DNA of 64,000 nucleotides from Tubiluchus corallicola (Eukaryota > Animalia > Priapulida), in assembly GCA_030141605.1 (NCBI GenBank), contig JAQGDQ010000001.1:3100001-3164000 (forward strand). The letters run 5' to 3'. The notes beneath the pieces are model-generated. The model did not search any database. It was not told the origin of the DNA and saw only the letters and a program-made list of their open reading frames with translations. Below, in pieces: positions 55,992-64,000 of this stretch; the stretch's first letter is position 1, and every line of letters begins with the position of its first letter. The position numbers were made by a program, and so were the translations under genes.

Positions 55992-58485
55992 TGTTTTAAA
56001 GTAAGTTAATGTAGATTTTTGAATGCTAATAAGTGCCAAATGACCACATATCAAACGCACATTCTAATAAGATTTTCTTGCAACTTTCAATAGAAGTTAA
56101 CTAAAGTTACTACGTAAAGCTGTTAACATTATCAATATCTGATGAATGATCTAAGTATTTTTTGTAAGAATTTAAGTAGTAGTTGTGTTGCATTCATCTT
56201 TCCATGAGGAATGTAGTTTAGCATTATGTCGATAAAACTGTTAAATTATTTTTAGAGATGTAATTATAAAAAAAACTAACATATATACTGTAATTGGAGT
56301 AAGACGTTACACAAATGTAACTAGTACCAAAAAGTTGTTCCAAATTTGTGGAACTGTAATTGTAACTTTTCCTTTTTTATTGTAATTTGCAATGGAAATA
56401 TCAGTTACTTGTACTATTACATTTGTGTAGAATGAAACGAATGGTTTGTCATACTGCAAGTTGTAACGTACTGTTTAATGTTGTACATTTGTACTCTGCC
56501 CATTACATTCATCTTTTACTACTTTACAATAGATTGTGATACAGTAGTTTCTGTTGTACAAGCCAGCAGCCTGACCTTTATTCTAGAATGAACTTTGATG
56601 CCTCATACCCATTCCAAACATGATAATTTCATGTAACAGCTGCTTTTTATAAGAAATGTAACTGTAACTAATTACTTTACAGATGGTGGGGAAGAAGTGT
56701 AACTGTGACCAGTTACTTTTTTTGACAGTGTACCTGTACCAAGTTATATTTTCAAGCATACATCTGTAATGGTAACTGATATTGTTGTACATTAATAAAT
56801 GAACTATTCCAATACTGCGTACATATATAATAGATTTTGAGGGTCTTCTGTCAGTTTAATAAGCAGTCGTTTTTGCATTACTGGTAACATGAACTACAAT
56901 TTGTTTTAGTCTGTTGCAAATGTTGTTGCTTTACATGGTGGTGTTGGAGATTTTATATTTTTTTGCCAAATTGTGATAATAATAGTCTTTGGAAATTTTC
57001 AAAAACAGCATTTTTATGCACATAATATTATAGAAACTAATATATTTATGAATGCATGAAATTAGCTAATTAAGAAAAAAATTTACGATAAGTTTTTTAA
57101 AATTACAACTATGTCTTGTCAAAATAAAAATATTATAAAGATCATTGTCAGTTATACGGAAATTTAAAGCATAAATAAAGACTAGTTTTATTATTTCTGG
57201 CTATAAGTCACTACTGGTATGTTTCCAACCACCAAATTCATGACAATTTTAGCATTTAGTTACACTAAGCCAAAAGTAACAGCAAGAAAGCAGTATCATC
57301 GAATTGTTACTTGTCATGAACTATTTAGTACAACAATAATGTTGACAGCACTTGATGGTAAAGACTGGATGCTGGCTCATAGATAGGATCGATCAAACTC
57401 ACTAATTTACCATAATATGGTTTCAATTTATATTTGTTTATGTACTCAGATTTGGGGTCTACTCTAGTGCCACTCAGTTCAGCTTAATGTCATCATTGCA
57501 GTTGTGGGCTTGTGGCAGCCATCTGAATTAGGCATAACATTTTTAAAAATAAGTTAGGCCTATCTGTTACTATAATTATCAAATTTTCTTAAGTTTTTTT
57601 CACTAGTCTGTGCCGCAGACATGTTGGCCTTTCTTTTGTCATTTAACATGAACTGTGTCACAACAAATTATTATATGTCTAGCTGGTTGGAATGTTCTTC
57701 GTTTGGCCACCTACCTTTTCGCATATTGGTGCACATTTGCTATGCACAAATCACAAGTTTATTTAAAGTCAAATACTGTATAACAGTTAATAACCTAGTT
57801 GACCTGATGAATAAACAAAATAGCAAATTATTTTTCCTTCAAAATTTGGTTGTAAGTATGCTACTTCACACATATCGATTGAGCTATAAAGCTAGGACTG
57901 CTTGAGTTCTGGTAGACAGTTGCAAAGATTTGCTTAAAAAATTGCAAAAAAGGTTGCGCGATTAATGATTCAGTATCGATGACATCGTGAGCCTATGCGA
58001 ACTCATAGTAGTAACTTATAAGCCTTCACAGTAGTTTACTAAATTGAATATGCTAAGTAGTTAGAATGCAGTCAAACGTCTTTGTTCCATCCACATTGGG
58101 ACTGTAAAAAAGTTGGCAGTACAGCGAGTTTGACATTACAACGAAGTGCATTAATACATACATGTTTATCCAAATAATATTATAGGCATTTTATTTTGCT
58201 AAACATTTGGGCATTGAGCGAGGACAGCAGTATAAAGTGGGGCGTTATAATGAGGATTTACTGTAGTTGCTTAATGTGTTCTTGTATTCTTATCAAAAAA
58301 GTTAAAAAGGTCAGATGGTTATGTTTAGGATTTTCGGTCTTACCAAATGTCAGTGCTCTACTTGGTGTCATTGTGTTCGTTAGCTGGTTTATTTGTGTTA
58401 CAAAACCACCTATGTTATTTATGTTTAATTATGTTAACTGAATTTTGATTCCAAACTGGAAAATGTATGAAAGAGAAAAGGTTTG

Positions 58486-58548
58486 AATGCATCCTGGATT
58501 TGAACAAGGGAGTACTGGGCCTCCATACAATCAGTTATCGAGGCAGCC
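58486..58548 (-). mobile_element. tRNA-derived SINE-like fragment
   Basis: The reverse complement contains ctcccttgttcaaatccaggatgcat, matching the copy at ~17470. Confidence 0.4.
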
Positions 58549-58749
58549 CAAGTTAATCCCTTATGGCTGTCCTATTAAATTAGTCAGCATTTCCACGCAT
58601 GTGATTAATTAATTATCATAACTTAATGAGTTAACTAGTGAATTTGTGCTTAATTGCTTGATACTAGGTGGCGCAACGAGCCGCATGTTCGCAGGCTATA
58701 GCGAATTTTCGTTACCTGGTGTTGGCGAAATACAGCAGGTAGGTCGAAG

Positions 58750-58937
58750 TTTTGCTGGGTTCATCAACAATGGTTAACACCTTCGTAAGACGCTTCGTAC
58801 AGTTTTTTGTTTTCTTAAAGTTGTGATCGCATCTAATAACCTCTACGAAACTTTTGCTAATTCCATGATAAGCCTAGGAATGTTCTTACCATTCGAATGA
58901 TCTTACGTTCGTAAGAAATTTAGTGAATCCGCGCCCT
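58750..58937. mobile_element. Possible PIF/Harbinger-type MITE remnant
   Basis: The right end reads GGGCGCGGATTCACTAAA on the minus strand, resembling Harbinger TIRs, with cttacg/cgtaag subterminal motifs. The left end is unclear. Confidence 0.3.
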
Positions 58938-59190
58938 GGTTTTTATTTAGGATATTCATAAATCATATTTATTCACAGAAATGGGCGAAGAGGTGTGGGT
59001 ATAACATGTTAATTTAAAGGCGAATACTACACGTAATACGTGCACCACTTCTTTACAGGTTTATCAGGGTAACAGATCGTCTAGCTGGCTAAAAAATTAC
59101 CGACTTGTATAAAAAGTTACTGGCATATAAGACTAGTTTACACATTTTTATGTATTGGTTCGTTACAAAGAGTTAATATAATTATATGTA

Positions 59191-59326
59191 TAGATCTCAG
59201 CATGATATTGCACTACACAGATGTGTGTGAGCTACATATATATATTAGGTTTCACATATGTGTGTATGACCCATGAACATTACGAGCTACACACGTCTGT
59301 GTGGTGCAATATCATGCTGAGATCTA
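59191..59326. repeat. Near-perfect 136-bp hairpin (~40-bp arms), probable miniature foldback element
   Basis: tagatctcagcatgatattgcactacacagatgtgtgt pairs with acacacgtctgtgtggtgcaatatcatgctgagatcta; TA at both ends. Confidence 0.88.
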
Positions 59327-59437
59327 CCTCTTTATTTACTAGCTTATTTCAAATATTTCTCTTTGAGTTTAATTGCAATAGAACTTTTAACAATTGCTGC
59401 AGTTTGTATTGTACAAATTATGTTTTCAGCATTAGAT

Positions 59438-62400
59438 ATGGCAAACAGAAATTACTTATCATTACCAAGCAAGCCAGTTGAGGAACAACTGCAAAGAACA
59501 TTTGGACACACGGTCAAACCAGCAGCTCTGGTATGTTAAATTTGCTAGTTGATTATGATATCAATTGCATTACTATAGGTGTTCATATGCTTTTACTTTG
59601 AAATGTTTGGATGTTTTGACATGTTAGCAGCATTGCAGCAGCCACACTTTGTTTAAAAATTTCAATGCCATGGCAGCACATCCAGACATTACAAAATAAG
59701 AATTATGAGAATGGTCATCTTTTTGAACTGTCGGTTCAATGATGGCCAAACACATGACTTGTTGATTATATCTATGATACTGTTTGAAAGTTCTGTTGAA
59801 GCTAATAAAAACATGCAGTGTTACTTCTCCAGATAATTTACAAAGACTTTTAATTTCAAATCATCTAACAAAAGTTATTATTTGGAAAAAACTTAATATT
59901 TCATTTTTGATCACTACAGATGCTATAGGCTGTATGATTTTCGGAAAAATGATAAATATTTTTAGATAAAGAAAATTTATTAAACGTTATTATTAGAATA
60001 TTTTTTTCAGAAAATTGCATCGTGTAGTGCACAAGGTAACATCATCAGAAGTCCATTTCCCGATGTTGATATACCAGATGTTTCAGTTTATCAGCTTTTT
60101 CTGAACAGTTGTTTTGCATACCCACAAAATTTAGCAGTCGTTGATGCTGAAAATGGCCAAGCATATACCTATGAACGATTACTGAGATGCGTAAAAAAAT
60201 TTGGCAGTGCTCTTGTACGGAGAGGATTTAGGAAAGGTGACATATTGGCAATATGTGTTCCCAACTGCCCAGAGTACGTAATACCATTCTTTGCTACAGT
60301 GGCTATTGGCGGAATAGTAACAACAATAAATCCTGTTTATACTGCAAATGAAATATATCATCAATTGCAAGATTCTCAGCCAAAATGGATAGTGACAGCA
60401 CCTGAAGTACTAGAACGTGTCTCTCAAGCTGTTGATATGAAAATGGGAAATGAAGTAGTCATTGTTATTGGGGAAGAAGTGACTAAAAAGCATTTGTTGT
60501 TTTACAACTTATTAAAAGATGATGGAAACGCCTTCCCAGAATGTGTTCCAATAAATGTGCAAAACGATGTAGCCATTTTGCCATATTCGTCAGGTACCAC
60601 AGGGAAGCCAAAAGGAGTAATGTTAACACATTACAATTTAGTAGCCAGTGTGCATCAGACAAGAATGTGTTGGCCTGTTGCACAAGAAAACAGATATATT
60701 TGTTTTCTACCTATGTTCCATTTATATGGAATCTTTTTAACTCTGCTTGCGCTAAGTCATGGAGCATGTATCTATTATCTTTCAAAGTTTGAACCAAGGT
60801 TATTTCTTCAAACACTGGAAAAGTACAAGATAACACATGCACACCTTGTACCACCCGTTGTTAACTTCTTGGTCAAGTCGCCACTTACAATGAAATATGA
60901 TTTGTCAAATCTTGAGAAAGCTTACTGTGGAGCTGCTCCATTAGGTAGGTGTGTAGTGCAAGTTGCTTATTTTTCTTCAATAGTCCGATCATCATCACAG
61001 TAACTTTTAACAAAGAAGTCAGCGCTAGTAAAAATGGTTATAAGAACATCCGCATTGATTTGGCAATTGTGGTAGGCCTGATCTAATATGGGGATGATTT
61101 ACACTTTTTGTACTTTCAGGAAAAGAAACTAGTGAAGAACTTCTACGAAAAATTTCGTCATTGCAATTGTTGCAGCAAGGTTTTGGCATGACAGAAACAA
61201 GCCCTGCTATCACCGTCTGTCCAGAAACAGAAATGATTCCATCTACTGTAGGATATGTTGTGCCAAACTCTGAAGTGAAGGTAACTAGTAAAAGTGGTTT
61301 TTAACTCTTATTCAGTTAGGGAACATTTATATTTCCGAAATTACGTTAAATTTTTATAACATTTCTGATTATTGTTGTAGGTTGTTGACTTACATAGCGG
61401 AAAAGTTCTTGGCCCAAATGAGGAAGGTGAGATCTGTGTACGAGGTCCCCAAGTGATGAAGGGGTATCTGAATAATCCAAAAGCAACAAATGAAACTATT
61501 TATCCTGATGGTTTTTTGCATACTGGTGATACTGGTTACTACACTGATAAAGGGTCTGTACTAATGGAATTTGATAATTTAGAGTTTAAATACCACAGAC
61601 CCCTAATGTGCAATTTACATCACAGTAACAGCAGTGCACAAGAGTGTGTTGGCCTGTTGTATGAATGTATTGTATTACATTCATGACAAGTAAAATACAC
61701 TACATTAATCCCATATTGCAGCAACACATTTTACCACATTTACGATTATTCATCTATTTTTTGTGTAAGAAATGTCCTAAGTGATATCTTGCTGCTGCAT
61801 ACTTCTTACAGATTACAGTCAGTCAACAAAATTGAACAAATATAGTTAATACAGTGTGATTTTGCAACCTATTACTATTATTATTAGTTACTTAAACTTT
61901 GCTGATAGTGGCTATTATTTAATATTTCCCTAACAGCTTTTTTCATGCCATTATAATAATGATCCACCAACTTTTCTTAAACTTCTGTGGTTCATCAAAC
62001 CAGCAATTTTGTTATTGTTGTCTAGTTATTGGCATCTGAGCTTTTAATTTTATACAGTGTCATAAGAATGTGAATTGAGAGCTTCCAATTTTTTGATACA
62101 GCTGAAAATTGTTTAGTTACAAATTTTGCAGCATGATTTCTGTTGACATCTGTAATCGTTGAGATTTTGTTCATTTAAGCACCAGATTCAGATTTCGGGA
62201 TTAATAATTGCTTGTTGTAATATAGGTTTTTTTTCAGTAAAATATTTTCTCATGAAGTGTTATGGAAGTTAAACGTTGAGAATTGATGGTTTGGGTAAAT
62301 AGGTGCCACACACTTAGTAACCTTTGTTCACTTGCATTGATATATCTTTTCAGACTTTTCTACATTGTTGACAGAGTGAAAGAACTCATAAAGTACAACG

Positions 62401-62702
62401 CGTACCAGGTAGCACCAGCTGAATTGGAAGCATTACTAATATCCCATCCTGGTATAGAAGATGCAGCTGTAATTGGAATTCCTGATATGAGAACTGGTGA
62501 AGTCCCAAAAGCATTTATAGTGAAAAAAGACAAGACCTTAACTGGAGAACAAATTAAGATGTTTGTGAAGCAAAATGTTGCAAATTTCAAACAACTGAGA
62601 GGTGGACTAGAATTTGTGACTGAAATTCCAAAGTCGGGCAGCGGTAAGATTCTCCGAAGGATACTGCGGGAGAGAGAGCAACAAATTCGTAGTAAATACT
62701 GA
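59438..62702 (+). CDS. Luciferase-like / 4CL-like acyl-CoA synthetase, paralog 4 (degenerate PTS2, non-canonical SKY terminus)
   Basis: Exons 59438-59530 (MANRNYLSLPSKPVEEQLQRTFGHTVKPAAL), 60011-60944, 61120-61280, 61381-61553, 62354-62702; 569 aa. Motifs: [31 protein letters not shown]; ends IRSKY*. Confidence 0.93.
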
Positions 62703-64000
62703 ACAGAACGCGTAATCAGAAAAAACTGTGATTTTCTGACTTATTCATAAGTGAAGTACAAAATATAGTTTATCTGTGTAAATGGCATTTATACAGTACA
62801 TGTAGTAACACTACAAACATATAAAACAGTAGAACTTTATTAAAGTAATGTTTAGTGTACCTATGTGTGAATCATGGCCATCATGACGGCATTACATGTA
62901 AATCATGCTGTTTCTGAAAGCATCCTTTGTAGTTGCAAGCATAGTTTGTTTATAGTGTATTGTTTAAAAATTTGCAGTTTAAAGCTTGATTATTTACATT
63001 GATATATGAATAATGAAAATAAAACAATCACAATATATAAGCAATTACAAAATAATAAAAAAATGACAGTGAAAATCTTGTTAGTTTGACACTAGTTCAC
63101 CAAAACACAGCGGTTTAACTATTTCTTACTGTTATGCACAGGTTATGGCATGAGCTATTTTTAACAAAATAATGGTAATGGCCACTTGCTGAATGTTATG
63201 CTGAACAACAAGAAAACTGTACAAAGAACATAAACTCTAATAAAGAAATTAGCTGAATGACAGAAACAGATTTGTACCATACATTTTGTACAATATGTTT
63301 TGTGTGCTTGTACAAATATAAACAATACATAATTTCAGCTCTGTACTGCATTAAAAAAGAACTTTCACATTCAGTTACTATATTAAATAAAGTTAGTATT
63401 AACTTGAAATAAAATATCATTCTGAAAATACCTCACTTTAACGTTAAGTCCCATTTACTTTGCTATTTATCTTTCATTTACAGTATGTACATGCAAATGT
63501 TTAACATAGAAACAGTGTTTGTTTACTCAGTTTTGTGTATCACAAAGTACAAGTAAACCGCACTTTTCCCAGGTCCATCTCTATGTAGACAAGGTACATG
63601 ACTATACGTGCCAAGTTTCTTGTTTTCTTTTAAATGGCAAATGTCAAGTAAGTAGCTATCCTGACATATTATGTAGATTTTTAATTTTTATATGACGTTT
63701 AACATTTTACTAGACTTCATTCTTAGTGAGATTTACATTCTTCGTCACAAAAAAATTGCTTTTGGTCAGTTAGTGTGCGCTGTATGTATAAAGTCAAAAA
63801 GGTAATAGCCAAGAGGTCAAAGTGTCTGCTTATAACCGAAATTAAGCAGTGCTGAAGTTGGTCAGTGAATGGCTGGATAATCACCAGGCTCATACTCGAT
63901 CTGGGAAGTTTCATGTATCATAGTGATTCTGGCAGGTTTACCTTGTTGGCCATTGTTGAGAGAACATATTCACGTGGCTTAAACACAGTACCAGTTCAGT

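Noticed and set aside
29558-62702. Calling these genes true luciferases
   Set aside because: Family similarity alone is insufficient. The R337 and S347 equivalents are Q and P, the R218 region reads ANLHQ-like, and non-luminous animals commonly carry such ligases.
29558-62702. Recent horizontal transfer of plant or bacterial 4CL genes
   Set aside because: Conserved GT-AG introns, host-like base composition and the known presence of this family in invertebrates give no support; a phylogeny would be needed.
62700-62750. Stop-codon readthrough creating a cryptic PTS1 in paralog 4
   Set aside because: The context is TGA-ACA, not the TGA-CTA readthrough motif, and the extension ends ...LTYS*, which is not a PTS1.

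Overview
AT-rich, intron-rich animal genomic DNA. The kinase sequence is Doa-like, which suggests an arthropod-type invertebrate (inference). The window holds (1) the 3' seven coding exons of a LAMMER/CLK (Doa-like) kinase on + (3918-12437); (2) a complete 7-exon archease (ZBTB8OS) gene on - (22886-16872), convergent with it; and (3) four same-orientation tandem, intact firefly-luciferase-like/4CL-like acyl-CoA synthetase (ANL superfamily) genes (~29.5-62.7 kb) with the same intron phases and near-identical exon sizes. Between them lie decayed CR1/L2-type LINEs, several MITEs, tRNA-derived SINE-like relics and short tandem duplications. The main observation is absent from the ORF track. Each ligase has a small N-terminal exon carrying an intact or decayed PTS2 peroxisomal signal, and the four paralogs show all four PTS2/PTS1 combinations: gene 1 RVx5YF + AKL; gene 2 RLx5HL + QVL; gene 3 RLx5HL + SKL; gene 4 QLx5HT + SKY. 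Their adenylation and substrate-pocket residues have also diverged. All gene models were assembled by eye from GT-AG sites and reading frame; the 5'-most exons are the least certain.
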